A stretch of 64,000 nt of DNA from Phoronis australis (GCA_002633005.1 NMRA01000001.1:2086933-2150932), one strand, 5' to 3'. Shown: positions 14,105 to 27,645, counted from the stretch's first letter. Notes: generated from the letters alone by a model not told the origin. Numbers and translations are program-made.

Positions 14105-14690
14105 CTATAACAGCATGTTTGATAAGTGAGATCTATGTTGATGTCAGGGACACGTGGATACTTCATACTCACATTAGTTTCACAATTTTGACACTGTAAC
14201 TATCAAAAATATTAAAAGTCATCAAATTTGTCAAGCTGTGGTGAAACTCATGAAGAAAGTATTGTAAAAAACTGCTCGTGAAAATTGTAAGAAAACAGAC
14301 TAGAGGAACATTTCATGAAGCTATGAATAAGCTGATTATCAAAATGAGAGTTGACGGAAAATTGAAATTGGCAGTACTTCAAAAAGAATCTTGGATAATT
14401 ATTGAAAAGGTAACATTTGCTTGAAAAATTGTGAGTTTGCTTCCAGAAAATCAAATCATGTCGACATTTTCTAAAAAACAAGTGAAGGCTATAAAATGGG
14501 TGAAGGGAAAGCACAAGGAAATAGGTCTGGCGCTGAAAGTTTCATTATCTGTTTGGAGTAATTTAAGTAAAGTAGAAGACAAGTTCACAAAAAGTAATCA
14601 ACAGCGTCTTCTTCAGATTCTCTTCAAAAGGTATCAGTCAATAACTCTTCCACATATTGACCAGTTGTGAATAAACTATTGAGTAATTAC

Positions 14691-14783
14691 CAAGGTGCCA
14701 TTGACAATGATGTTATAGGTGTTGATGTAACCATTAGGCACAGCAGGAGGTTTGACTGTCACCTTGATGGTATTCGCGGATGG
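14691..14783 (-). CDS. USH2A: Usherin exon w52 (FN3)
   Basis: PSANTIKVTVKPPAVPNGYINTYNIIVNGTL. Confidence 0.85.
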
Positions 14784-15870
14784 CTGAAAGAAAAAGGACA
14801 GAAAACACTACACGAAAATGCCAATTGAGAAAACAATATTAATTTTACTATAACTGAAAAAAATAAATGTTGTTGAAAAATAATTTTGCCTACTCAAAGC
14901 AATAGCTCAGCTAAAACCACAATTACATGCACACTCTTTGGTGGTCAAATAATGAAAAAGCAAAGTGGTATTTTGGAATACCACGTGAAAATTGAGAATT
15001 AGGAGTGATAGAAGAATAAGTCTCAACAAAACCAAAGAATTGTTCTCAACAAAACTTCTGCAGCTCAAAAAACAATATCATGGTAAACCAATGATATGTG
15101 CCAACCTTGTGCATCGCAAACAGATATAAAGGGTGCTCAGATGCAATAATTTGCCTGTAGTGGGCGCCACAGTAAACGAGTCCTACAAAAACCTAATTGC
15201 AACTACGGGGTGCCAAATTACGTTGATCTGTTGGAAAACCAACTGCAACAGTGCCATGCAAGACGTTAAAGAGGTGCAGCTGCAGAAGCAAAAAAACCCA
15301 ATTGCCACTAAGAGGCGCCACAGTAGCTGGGCTTGTGAATAAATCAACATCAGTATTTAGTCTTCTTGGCAGGAACACGGCTATGGTCAGATCTGTCCGG
15401 AATGCATCGTCATCTGTCATCATGTTTTAGCCAGCACAATGATATGTTTAAAACTCGCTCTGTGAAAACTGCACAGGGAACAAACTTACAGTTATACTAA
15501 TTTCACTACCTGTTCCTGGCATCGTTACTCTAGCCAAATCCAAACTATACTAATAATCAACAGGCTTCCAGATCATTAACCACAGTGATCAGAATGGAAA
15601 AGCAAGAGCACACAGCTTTCTCTGATTGACTGGCATTTTTGGGACTTGCTCACTGAGACACGCTTTCAGCTTGTGGAATTGTTATCTTTTCCAATTTCAT
15701 TAACTACAAAATTAAACTTCAAAAGAGGTAACATTCTCCTCTACACTTGCTGGAGAGCTGTTTTACCCAAACTGCATGAGATGTAAACAGTAATCTGGCA
15801 CTGAACTATTGTCTCGAACATCTAATCAATAATACTAAAGCAGAAGCGCGCATTGCAACACAGTTCGTAC

Positions 15871-16073
15871 CTCAACCACTGGAGCCAACATCCCACTAGG
15901 TGGCGCCTGCAGTGTAGTGGTGACCTGCCAATCACTCTTCACCATGCCGATGGTGTTAATGGCCGCCACTCTGTATTGATATTGGGCAAATGGCTGTAAA
16001 GCCTGAAGGTCTGCGTCCATGTACCTCAGGCTGGTGCCATTATAGATGGTGAATTCCCTGCCATACACGGGGG
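15871..16073 (-). CDS. USH2A: Usherin exon w51 (FN3)
   Basis: LQPFAQYQYRVAAINTIG. Confidence 0.9.
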
Positions 16074-16139
16074 CTGTGTGGACCAAACATGGTGAGAACG
16101 TGTTAGGAAGTTGTCAAGAGAACATAAGCAGCAAATAGT

Positions 16140-16400
16140 AAGGTTGCATTTTACAGAAGACAAAATATGAGAAAATTATAAATCCGACTGGTTTGAACAA
16201 GAGAGGTGGACACAGATTCAATTTATCAAACACCTGGGATCGAGTATTACCAAAGACTTCCTGCTGTTTATCTCATTATCGACTATCTCCAACACAGGTC
16301 GCACAGGCTTGAAAAAGTCAGCGGAGGCTGATGAAAGATTGACGTTTCTTTCTCCAATAAGTCCAGTACTGATTTATAATTTTTCCTATAATCCATCAAC
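16140..16400 (+). mobile_element. Penelope-like element 3' remnant with degenerate hammerhead-like motif
   Basis: LNKRGGHRFNLSNTWDRVL resembles a PLE ORF C-terminus, followed by ttgaaaaa-gtcagc-ggag-gctgat-gaaa. Confidence 0.5.
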
Positions 16401-16632
16401 TGAACAAAATATAATTTACATCAATTTGTACGAAGACACACTTCAGGAAATTTCACCAATCAGGAGACTTATTGCAATACAAGAAACTAGCTGACAATCA
16501 ATGTTACGTTTTTGTCTTAGGTTTTTTAAACTTTACTACATGTTAAATCATATACAATTAGTATACTTTAAAGAATGCATAAATAAAAAATTTAAACTTT
16601 CAAACCCTTGCGTTTAACAAAATTCTGCTCAC

Positions 16633-19587
16633 CTGTAGAGCCAGCTATTTGTGTAATCTTTCTTCGATACACTCTATATGCTACAATCTCCCCATTGGGT
16701 TGTATTGGCAGAGACCACTCCACCAGGACACCAGCATGGGCACCTTGACTATCGGCCTGCGGTAACAACACTGGCTTGTTCATACCGATTGGCTTAGCTG
16801 GTAGAGTGCGCTGGCGTGCAACAGCACTTGTCAAACAGCCACCGTCAGTGCATGCCTTGATTCGGAAATCGTATTCTGTGTAGAAGCTCAGTCCTGCCAC
16901 TCTGTTTTCGAATGCCAAACCAATGAACACCTCGTTGTCATCCTGCAGGAGAGTGTAGTTTCGCACGACACCGTTTGGTTTGGCTGGTTTCGACCAGGTA
17001 GCTTTGATTTCTGTCGACGACACAGCCTGCAACACTGGTGGAGCGAGGCCTTCCGGAGAAGATGAATACGTTCTGGCAGTGTTGACTGTACTGGTTACGG
17101 ATCCCTTGCTGTTTGTGGCTTTAACACGATATCCATACAGGACTCCTGGTTCCAAGTTATAATCAATGTAATTGGTATTCACACCTTCGTACAGTAAGAC
17201 ATTATCTCGCCGCAGCTCATAACTTTGGATGATTCCATTGGGACTATCTGGCTTTTTCCACGTGACCTCTATTGTCTTGGAGCTGATCACCCGTAGAATT
17301 GGCGGTCTCATACCTTTGGGCGCAGACTCCGTGGGCCTGGCGATGACCGAATTGCTGTCGGTACATCCTCCGTTGGTACACGCAGACACGACAAATCGGT
17401 ACTCCTTGTAGGGTATGAGACTCCCAACAGTGAACTCTAGAGCCATTCCTGCGTATTTCACTGAGCCGTCCACTTTCAATTGATATTGTGACACCTTCCC
17501 ATTGGTTATCTGTGGGACTGTCCACACAGCCCTGATGGCGGTGGAATTGACGGCATTCACCTGTGGAGGGTTGACATAATGTGGCGCTGTCTCTTGAGTA
17601 CGCTTGTACGTGGGCGCACTGGTGGTGCAGTCAGCGCGTGTACACACCCTTATGGTGTAGCTGTATACAGTGTATGCCAATAATCCACTGTCAATATATT
17701 CGCGTGTGGCCGTTGGAAGGAAGCTGAGTGGGGTGCTCTGATTTCTCTGAAGCTGGTAGTTCTGGATCTCGCCATTAGCAATAGCAGGGGGTGACCAGGT
17801 AATGCGAAGTTTGTCTGGCTGACCGCTGTAGAACTCCACGGTGGGTGGTAAAACACCTTGAGGAGCAGCCTCATTGGTGGCTTTCTCCATCCAGCTGCTA
17901 TCAATGTATGAGATTGAATTGTGTGACCTGATTTTGTACTCATACTTGTAGTATGGCCTCAGTCCCCCATTAGTGTAGCTATACTGACTGGCATCTGTGT
18001 TCGTAGTGGAGTAGACAACATTGCCCTCCGACTGCCTTTTTACCACTGGTCCTACATCTTTGCGGTAGATTTCATACAGGACAATCTTACCGTTTGGATT
18101 GATTGGTGGGGTCCACCGTATCACAATGTGGGTGGCATTAGAACTACCAAAGACTGGCACTGGTTGATTCTTTGGAGCTATCTCAGCTGTCGTGAATGTC
18201 TGTAGTGCTGAGCGACCACAGCCTGCCTGTGTACATGCCTCCAACAACACTGAGTACTGTGTATACGGAGTCAAGCGCGGGTACTCAAACTCTCTGTTGC
18301 TTCCTTCGTGCACTTTGACACTGTTTTCGTCAAAAATCCTATAAGTGGTTATAACACCGTTGGGTTTTCCGGGTGCAGCCCATCTCAGAACCACAGATTC
18401 ACCGTTAACTCTTTTTTCAACAGTGAATTTCTTGATGTCAGCCGGGGCAGCTTCTTTAGTCTTGGCTTCACTGAAAGGACTTGTAGTCTGCCCAGCCGAG
18501 TTGACTGCACTCACTCGCACTTTGTAGCTGGTGAAGGGTGTAAGACCACTGAATGAAGTGGACAGCACATTACCATTAACAGTAATGCTGTTTATTGGTG
18601 CCGTAAGAGTCGGATCATTCAAGACTTGCTGGTACTCAATCTTAAACAATGTGATTACACCATTTGGAGTTGTGGGCATTTGCCAGGTGACACGTAAACC
18701 GTAAGCACTATCCCCGACGACGGTGGGAGTGGACATGCCCTGTGGGGGTGCTTCCAGCGTCCGTACGCTAGCCCAAGGACTCTGAACACTGCCAACCGAG
18801 TTGAACACAGTCAGCTGGTATTCATATTCAGTGAACGGGCGCAAAGAAGATCCAGCGATTCTGTACGAGTACACAGTTCCAGACAGCTGGGCGACAATGA
18901 ACTTCAACTGTGAACCAACATTTCTTTGGTGCAGTTCAAAGTCAGTCAGTACTCCATTTGGCTGGCTTGGTTTTTCCCACTGGACAAGAATCACAGTCGG
19001 ACCCAATGCCTTCAATGCAGGGGCTGACAATCCAACAGGTGGTGCTTCCAGTGTGGTAACAAACGATGGCGGTCCAGTACCGCAACCATTAGTGAAACCC
19101 TTAAGGCAGGCCTGGATGCGAATACTGTACTTTGTATAAGGATTCAAATTATCAACAGTACGAGGAGAGGTTACACCCGTGTATACAACCGCGGTGCTGG
19201 AACCACCGTCTTGCAATATTTTGTACTGGTCAATAACGCCGTTAGTGGTTGTAGGAGCTGACCAAGACACGTGAATGGATCTGGCAGACAATGCCGTCAC
19301 GTTGGGAGCGGGAATACCAATGGGAGTGAGGGTTGGCATCAGAACGGACATCTCCCCGCTGGTTCTAGCTCCAGCACGGTTCGCAGCTTGAACTTTGTAC
19401 GTGTACTGTCTCCCGGGTGCGAGTCCCGAATCGCGATAAGTAGTAGTTGAATTGGTACCACTGAACACTTGTACGGTATCTCTGTATAATTTGTAAGAAA
19501 CTATAATACCATTGGGGGAGGCTGGGACTTCCCAAAATAGCTCCACAATGCTTGAGCTGACAATGATTGCTTTGGGTGGAGCCATAC
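16633..19587 (-). CDS. USH2A: Usherin exon w50 (2955-nt exon, about 10.5 FN3 repeats)
   Basis: Corresponds to the 997-aa ORF 16592-19585; repeated WxxPxxPNG...LxPYTxY...AC motifs; cag|GT ATG and ACA G|gtgag. Confidence 0.95.
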
Positions 19588-19982
19588 CTGAAAATACATA
19601 CGAGTATCGTTTGGTAGTCGTACGTCAAACTTGACTTGACAAATAACACTTTGAATGCCGGAATATCGCAGGGAACAAATTTATGCAAATACAGAAATTT
19701 TATAGGTCATGTTGTACCTAACAAACCACTCTTTTCAAATTATAAAGAGATGATAAATTTAAAGGTTAGGTCCTAGATCATACAGTTTTAATAAACAATT
19801 TAACTTTTTAAGGGAGCAAGTTTTAATGAAATAGGGGTATCTATTAACTTGTAGACATTTGTAACAAAATTGCAACTACTAAGTGGATATTAACTGGTTT
19901 TCATTGGGACTGTCATTAAGTTTTCCCACAAATCTGAAGTGCAAGACCCAACTTCAATGTCAATACTAGTATCTGCACTCAC

Positions 19983-20090
19983 CATCAGGGGGTGACTCTA
20001 GAGTAACACCTGTTACCATTGAACTGTTCCTACATCCTGCCCCGGTGCATGCACTGAGAATGAAATTGTACTCCGTAAAAGGGGACAGAC
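19983..20090 (-). CDS. USH2A: Usherin exon w49 (FN3)
   Basis: LSPFTEYNFILSACTGAGC...TLESPPD. Confidence 0.9.
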
Positions 20091-21214
20091 CTGAAGAAAG
20101 ATGGTGTGAACCAAGGTGTCATGACAAATGGCACTCGTGTTGAGAATAAACAGGCAAATATTAACACGCGGAATACAATCCTATTGTATCGTTTCAATAA
20201 ACGGTCTACAGAAAATATTCTGGAAACAAAATTATACTTTGGTCACAATTTCAACGCACTTTGTGGAGAGGGTGATCATGCAAAACGATTTTCATAACTT
20301 GTCTTCAACACAGGAAAATTTAAGAATTTCATCGCAAAATAAAATATCAGCCAAATTTGAAATTTGAATGTGATTAGCGCATATTGCATTTGGAAAGGAA
20401 TTGCGTGTTTTGGCGCATGCGCCACAGTGGGATACATTGGTTCACCGACAATGTTGAAGTAAGCAGTTCTGAAAATTACAATGTGGTGGATATCTTGTTT
20501 TCAGCATAACTCTCCATTTCTTGCTATGTACACAGTGTGTCCAGTTTTTGAGAAGAGAGACTGTTTGATTTTCAAAGGACAAGTGCCTAACGCAGCTGAA
20601 GCAAGTCCAGTCCTTTTTATATTGGTAATAAAAGTCTTTAACAAAACAAGTGTTTTCCAGAAACTGCTAGATGACTCTACGTCTGACATCAACAGGTACA
20701 CAAGAATTGAAATTTTTGTGTTGATGATTGGCAATAGCACAATGCCCAAAATGTCACAAAGACACACTCAGGAAAAGTTAAACACTTCACACTAGACATA
20801 ATAATAAAATTGTTCAGAAATGAAGGATTTAATGATCCTTAACGTCTAAAATTATGAAGCTGGTTCATGGCTGGGTTCAATAAATTTTTAAAACCCCGCA
20901 CAATGAAATTAAAAACAACATGAAATAAATCAGGAGTACATAGTGTCAGTGAAACTTTTCATTGAAGAAATCAATGCTCCACTCCATAGGATTATCATGT
21001 GTACTTGAGAAAGTAACTTTACTCTTTGTAGTAACAGACAAAACAAAGGGTTCGGCCCACAATTAATGGTTTTCACAAAAGACGATGCTGCTGAGGGTAA
21101 GACTTTTAGAAAAGAATTTAATAAGATTCGAATGTGAAATAATAAAACCTGCACAATCTTGTTGTTGAAATTAAACAAAATATTTTTATTTTAAAATTAG
21201 CAAGTCATTCTTAC

Positions 21215-21410
21215 CAGAATACATATAGGCAAGTTTTACAGCAGACAGATCGACAATGCGTGCCACCTCTGAGTACAATGTGTATTTAACAATTATTCCA
21301 TTCGGTTGTGTGGGAGGGTTCCACTTCAACTGAAGAGCTGAGGAATTAACAGCTATCACTGTGGGAGGTGACAGAGATTCCGGAACAGCCTCTACTGTTG
21401 CAACCACAAT
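21215..21410 (-). CDS. USH2A: Usherin exon w48 (FN3)
   Basis: WNPPTQPNGIIVKYTLY. Confidence 0.9.
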
Positions 21411-22222
21411 CTGAAATTTTAAAAATGGTAAAAAACAGTTCTGCAATAATCAGGATTCCACTTTTAGTTTTTCAAAAGTAAAACGTCTTAGGTGGAATGT
21501 TCTTCAGTGGTAACTGAGTAACAAGACATTTAGTAGATAAATACAATGTCATCAGTGAAAGTAAGTCAGTTAAAGAACACAAGGACTTCTAGACATCATC
21601 ATGAACTGAACGCCATTGTTTAGTCTCAAACAAGACCAACAGAATTGAAGCCGTAGGAAAGAAGCAGCAAAGATATTATTTCTAATTGGCTTTGAAAATA
21701 AATCTATGCAAAACATGAGTCCACACTGGCCAAGCAGAGTACTGGCAAAAGGGAATTATGGCTGTCAAAGACATGGGGTTTCGTTACTTGAAAATGCTGG
21801 ATGAATTGAAGCGGTTGTAATAAGCCAGCGTTACGATGAAGAAACTTAATTTTGATACAGATCACATAATACTGCAAAATAGGTCTTACTCAGACAAGAA
21901 GTGATTTTGGTACTGCAGAGAACTGACAGTTTGTTATCCCAAGAGACTGTACTCGGCAAATACCATGCCAAGTCAACTTGTAGAACTTGGTCACAAGCAA
22001 TAACCCACAGCCAAACCTTCCAAAGTCTTGGAATCACAACTATTTTTACGACCAATTTCATAACAGAAGTGATCTACATAAAAAATGAGTTGTAAAGAAA
22101 GGTGGGTTAACTTTATAACCACTCTTCAGCATTGTTCAAACGTAGCTTCTGTTTCTGATCTGTATTCCAACACAGTTCAAGGTTTGGAGAAACAATAAAA
22201 CAATCGCTGATAAAATGCTCAC

Positions 22223-22377
22223 CACTGAACTTTCAATGCATCCTTCGATGTTGCAGGCTTGAATCTTGTACGAGTACGTTTTGTATGGTTTAACATTGTT
22301 AGAGTCGCTGTACGTCAGACTCAGTCCTCGGTAGATTTCAAAGTTTTCCCGGTACAACACATAGCGGAGTATTTCAC
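22223..22377 (-). CDS. USH2A: Usherin exon w47 (FN3)
   Basis: EIYRGLSLTYSD...YSYKIQACNIEGC. Confidence 0.9.
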
Positions 22378-22932
22378 CTGTAAAGTGAAGTGAAAACTTG
22401 TGAATACTACAGACTCACGTTAAGAACACATACACAGGAACTTCACAACATGTCTGTAAATGTCCCAAAATTTTAAGAAATGGAACTCACGTGACTGAAA
22501 ATTCCTCTGAACAGAAATACCAGGAAATGAGGAAATCATAGCACTTCTCAGAATGGGACACATAGGTGTTAAAATCTATGTTCCATGAAGTCTTTGATAC
22601 TTCTGGTAACATAGAAAATGAATGGATTATGTGGTCATTAGGAAACAAAAATATTGTAATGCCCTATATTGCAAAAAATATTAAATTCATTAAGAAATGA
22701 TGAAGTTGCACCACACCATGAAATGTCCTCTTACGAAGACGTTGATTTTCAAACAGATAAAACAAAATGGGGTGTCATCATAGTAAAACACTGGCAGTGA
22801 TAATTAACAGACTGTGTTGTGTACATCACTACATAATAAGCAAATGGGGAACACTGGTTTAGGACATAGACACGTTTTGAGTTTGACAAAATGACAGAAA
22901 AGTAGTCAAATATATGAATAATGTATGAGTAC

Positions 22933-23130
22933 CGTTAGGTTTCAGCGGTGGTTTCCACTGCAGCATAATCACGTCCACGCGATTGTCCACAGTCTTAGCC
23001 ACAGGAGGTTGAAGGTCGCGCGGTAAAGCCTGTGACGTGTTGATGGCTGCGTAGTCACTCATACGTCTACCTGCTTTGTTGACAGCGATCACTGCATACT
23101 CGTACGTGGTCCAAGGCTCAAGGTTCTCAT
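22933..23130 (-). CDS. USH2A: Usherin exon w46 (FN3)
   Basis: LEPWTTYEYAVIAVNKAG...WKPPLKPN. Confidence 0.92.
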
Positions 23131-24277
23131 CTGACAAGCGGAAATGGAAAATGTTAGGATAAGAAAAAAATAATTACGCATCACACATCAAAACCAAACC
23201 AAACCAAAATAACATATGCATTTCAGGATATCAGTACGGCAAGTTTTATGCAAGAACACTCAAAAAATGCACTTCTTAATTCCACAGTCTGGGCTTAATC
23301 GTGTAAAATAACTTTTCAAAATTAAACGCTAAATCCGTAGACAAGTAAAAGAGGATGCTGTCGATTTCAAATTTGAAAATGAACAATGTGGACTAATTTT
23401 CATAGTAACCAAAGTACTAGTAAAATTACCACAAAAAATGATAATAGTACATAACAATTCAACTATTACATTAATTTTATTCTTTAAACCACTGCAATTT
23501 AAATGACTATAACCACTCCAGTTCACAACCCTTCGACAAATGCTGGGCTCAACCTCAAGGTCTATGTAGAACCTTACTGACAAATCTGCGCATTTAGGCA
23601 AACATCAACAAAATAGTGGATTTTGACTCACAAAAAGTCTATATTTTCTAAATGTAAAAAGCGTGTAGAACTTAATGAGTTTTGACTTTTTACCCACCTG
23701 TCATCAAGAGGGTCATATGACCATGTATTTAAGGGAAATTTACCAAAAAAAGAAAGGTACACTCAGATAGCAAAACAACAGTATCAATAACATTGACCAA
23801 ATTTCATTTGATAAAAATTTCTACAGTCATTCTCAAAAGCACTCAAAACAGTTTCCTAAATATTTTGTTTTAAGCAACTTAATAAGATTTTTTCATGAAA
23901 ATCATAAAGTCCTATTTTTGATAGCCACTCATACAAAAGTGGAATATTTCAAATCAATTCCTGAAAACTTTCTGGAGAATGGAGCATAAAGCATTATAAT
24001 ACCTGAAAGTTTCATACGAATCTGATCAGCCATTTCTGGAATAAGATGTTCCAAAGTAAGCCAATTTTGGACACTTTTACAGAATCCTTCATAACCTTAA
24101 GTTTTTAGTATTCAAGAAGACAGACACTTTGGGTAAAAGATAAACATAACAGTCAGCCCTTCTGTTTCAGCAGGAAAAGACATCTTCCATTATCTATTTC
24201 ACGTTCTTAACAGTGAAATTCAGAAATCCTCAAAATATTTTACAAGTAGCAGACATAAGAGATATTGCTCTACATAC

Positions 24278-24481
24278 CTGTGTATGTAAACACAAGCCCT
24301 GAAAAGATTTTAACTGGTCCAGTCCGGCACTTCCTCCCATTGTCTGTAGGGGGGGCTTCAGTGGCTGACGTAGGACTTCCCGTGTAAGTATGACACACTT
24401 GTGAGTTGCTGTCAAAGTCACATCGGTCACACTTGGCTGACGAAGCCTGACTCACGGAACACGTCATTCCTTTACCACAAC
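24278..24481 (-). CDS. USH2A: Usherin exon w45 (end of Cys-rich region)
   Basis: CGKGMTCSVSQASSAKCDRCDFD. Confidence 0.9.
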
Positions 24482-25083
24482 CTGTCAAACAGCCACAAAA
24501 TTTGAAATCATTTTATTTATTAATTAGACCATTTATGAGGTGGCTCAGTGTGCAGTGATTGAATCACTTGATACACAACTGCAGAGCCATGGCATCAATT
24601 GTTCATCTTAAACACAAGTAGTGGGCGTACCCTTTAAACGAGATTCCATCATCACAACCCCTTTTATCCACATTCTTTCAGGTCTAGCTTCTAGTTAGTG
24701 ATGCAGTATTATTAGCTGAGAAGCCATACTGGAAACTACTTTCCACTGACTAGCTCAAGGCTTGGGTTTTGTAGACAAAATTGCCATTACTTGACCAATT
24801 TTGACAATTCAAGAACTCAGTGCACATAGTTTAATTTTTATTCCTCTTTTCAGATTTTACGGTTTCAATTGGTTTTCCAGTCCCAAAAATAAAACGGAAA
24901 AGTACTGCTTGGATGCTTTCAAGCCTTCTATTTAGGTATGATTTCATAAGAAATTATGGTTTTTGCTCTCGCTACTGACTTAGTGAATAGTGACTCTTTT
25001 GATTAGGTTAGTGTTTTAAGCTAAGGACTTTAAAGCACAACCATCAATTACACAATCACTAAATATTATAATCATTCCAATAC

Positions 25084-25237
25084 CTTTGACAACTTGCGAT
25101 GATGTGTCGGCACACACTTGGGTGACAGGGTTGAAGGGTACACTGTTACAACACTGCAGACCTGATGACATCAGCTCTATACCACAGCAAACTTCGTTGG
25201 CATTGGCCTTCTCTGAAGCACTACTGTAGGAGTGAAC
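25084..25237 (-). CDS. USH2A: Usherin exon w44 (Cys-Cys repeats)
   Basis: EVCCGIELMSSGLQCCNSVPFNPVTQVCAD. Confidence 0.9.
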
Positions 25238-25256
25238 CTGGCCAGGATATGACAAG

Positions 25257-25421
25257 TGTTAAAACATGGGCATCTAGTAGGAAGTAACGCCACCTAGTGC
25301 AAAACATCGGCACCTAGTAGGAAGTAACGCCACCTAGTGTAAAACATCGGCACCTAGTAGGAAGTAACGCCACCTAGTGCAAAACATCAGCATCTAGACG
25401 GAAGGAACCTAGTGTAAAACA
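25257..25421. repeat. 40-bp minisatellite, about 4 copies
   Basis: Unit aaaacatcggcacctagtaggaagtaacgccacctagtg(c/t). Confidence 0.9.
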
Positions 25422-26076
25422 TTGGAATTCGGGAAGAAGTAACTTCAGCTAGCGTTCAGGTAAGCATGTTCTTGTCCATTCTGAATATTTTTCATTTAAC
25501 AGTTATTATCAAAATTCAAAATACACTGACATCTGCAATATTGCAACAGATTAAGTCTTCAAGTATCATGGAGGTAATACTTTAGAAATGTAATCCTTAG
25601 TTTTATTCAAGCATTATGTATTTAGGGGCATGCACATACTCCTTGATATCACCACAACTTCACACATTGGCGTCCTGGCCCACATAAACTCATACACAGT
25701 TATCATCATGCCAACAAACATCCAACACACGACTGTCACTATTTGTTGCGGAAAAACCTTGCCAATTTCGGAAAAAAAGTTATTGAATTACCATTTTTTC
25801 CCTTTTCAAAGGCTTCTATCAGTCTTGAATGCTCACAGTTTTTCACGACATTGTGGGTGGAGGCTTTTGTACAGAACTTAAAAAAGGTAAAGCACAGTAA
25901 TTCTGATACCACTTACATTTTTAGAAAAAATGACAATTTTGAAATTTCATATATGCTCCATATTGTGACTTGGTGAGATTTTACCGTGAACAAATCCCAA
26001 ATCTTAATATTCCAAACATTTGCCAAACACTTCTCATCTCCCATAAGCCCTGGTAAACATCACCATGGTAACGCAC

Positions 26077-26264
26077 CTTTGTTTTACCCGTTTCACTGCT
26101 ACAGCACGTAGATGAGGCATTGTTCACATACTCTGTACCACAGCATGAGTTCACAGAGTTAGATATGTATGATACACCCTGGAGGGCGCCACCGCAGCAT
26201 TTCCGCGTAGAGTCGGTCACTTCACCACCACAGCACTGCTTGTTGAAACGTGCATGTAGTTTAC
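26077..26264 (-). CDS. USH2A: Usherin exon w43 (Cys-Cys repeats)
   Basis: KQCCGGEV...KCCGG...SCCGTEY...TCCS. Confidence 0.92.
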
Positions 26265-26851
26265 CTGGAAAAGGTGAAACTAGATTACAGCTTAAGGTCA
26301 TTAGGAAAATGTCCAAATTTAGCCACTTTGACCAACGGTCAAACAACAAAATGCGATGCTTGTTGAAATGGGGATGTAGGTTATCACTAAATAAAGGAAA
26401 GGTTTCCGGGCTGAATTTTATATTTTTGTGTATGTCTTAATCAATTGTTAATTGTTAAAAAAGGAAGAGTTACATTGATAGTTTACTTTCATTCAAACAC
26501 TTAACTTACCCTAAGTGATGGCAGTGTCATAAAGTGCACATTCATAACTGTCATAATTGCCACAGGAAGTCTAAAATTGCTCATGTCCGATGCTTTCACA
26601 AGTAGGAGTGACTGCATTTTCTTGACACTTCTTTTTCAAAAACAAGCTCAACATGGAATCACAGAATTCAGGATTTCTACTAAGCTGGAAGCTCAACATA
26701 TCAATTTGTCCATCAAAGACAAATTTTTGAATTGACAACTTGGCAAAATATTTATTTGTTTTCTGGTTACCCAAACTCTTCCTAAATCCCCATTCAAAAT
26801 CAACACTCCTTGTGCAACACAACATGTGTAAATGATAAAAACATGACTTAC

Positions 26852-26982
26852 TGTTACAGCATATCTGTGATCCACTTGACAAGTAGGGTATAGAGCCACA
26901 GCACTTGTCACCCGTGCCAACATCCACCCGATCCTCTTTTGCATCAGGACAACACACCTGATCAGGTAATACTTGCACGTAC
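26852..26982 (-). CDS. USH2A: Usherin exon w42 (Cys-Cys repeats)
   Basis: VCCPDAKEDRVDVGTGDKCCGSIPY. Confidence 0.92.
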
Positions 26983-27499
26983 CTGAAAGTTTATCACAAG
27001 ATTTGGCAACATCAAAAACAATTTAAGTTAACAATGAAAATATGACAAATAAATTTGGAAATTTTCTGAGAGTTGTTGACTCTGTGAACCAAAATGTCAA
27101 CAAAACATTGATAAACTTTCAGCAACTGGAAAAATGGGAATAATTCTAAAATTGTTGTCACGTAATAGCCAGCCATACAAAGCAAAAGAAAATAACAACT
27201 TAAAAAGTTAATGACTGAGGATATATAAAATTGAGAATTTTGGAACATGGACAATATTATTTTTCTTACTTTCTTAACGTCAATTTTTTAGTGAAATAGA
27301 ATGCGCGACTGTGGGAGAAAGACACCATTTAAAAGAAGAGTTTTAGCAGAACTTTTAAGAAACTCTAAAACAATTACATCAAAAAAAGACCAAGAAAAAT
27401 CTTAAGACCCAAACTGGTTTAAAACTTCTTGCCAAAAAATTCAGAATAAGACGTAGTTAAGGTGAACTTGATCTCAAAACAAAACAAGCCCACACTTAC

Positions 27500-27645
27500 T
27501 TTCCTCCGCAGCATTTGAAATTAGTCTTCTTTTCCAGGAACCTTTCGCCACAGCAGACTTGAGTGGAACTCTGGCGAGTAACGTATTGCCGTCCACAGCA
27601 CTCATGGCCTGGCTTGTTGTCATGAAGAACTCCATCACAGCAAGT
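27500..27645 (-). CDS. USH2A: Usherin exon w41 (Cys-Cys repeats)
   Basis: TCCDGVLHDNKPGHECCGRQY...VCCGERF...CCGG. Confidence 0.9.

Noticed and set aside
16980-19139. Plus-strand ORFs overlapping the giant exon, and similar ones opposite other exons
   Set aside because: Antisense shadows of the usherin coding frame with no recognisable domains.
16592-19585. 997-aa ORF as a standalone FN3 gene
   Set aside because: It has splice sites in phase with the flanking usherin exons, and no signal peptide or terminus of its own.
23729-24099. TTAAGG...CCTTAA-bounded segment as a Kolobok-type MITE
   Set aside because: The terminal inverted match extends only a few bases; not supportable without a family consensus.
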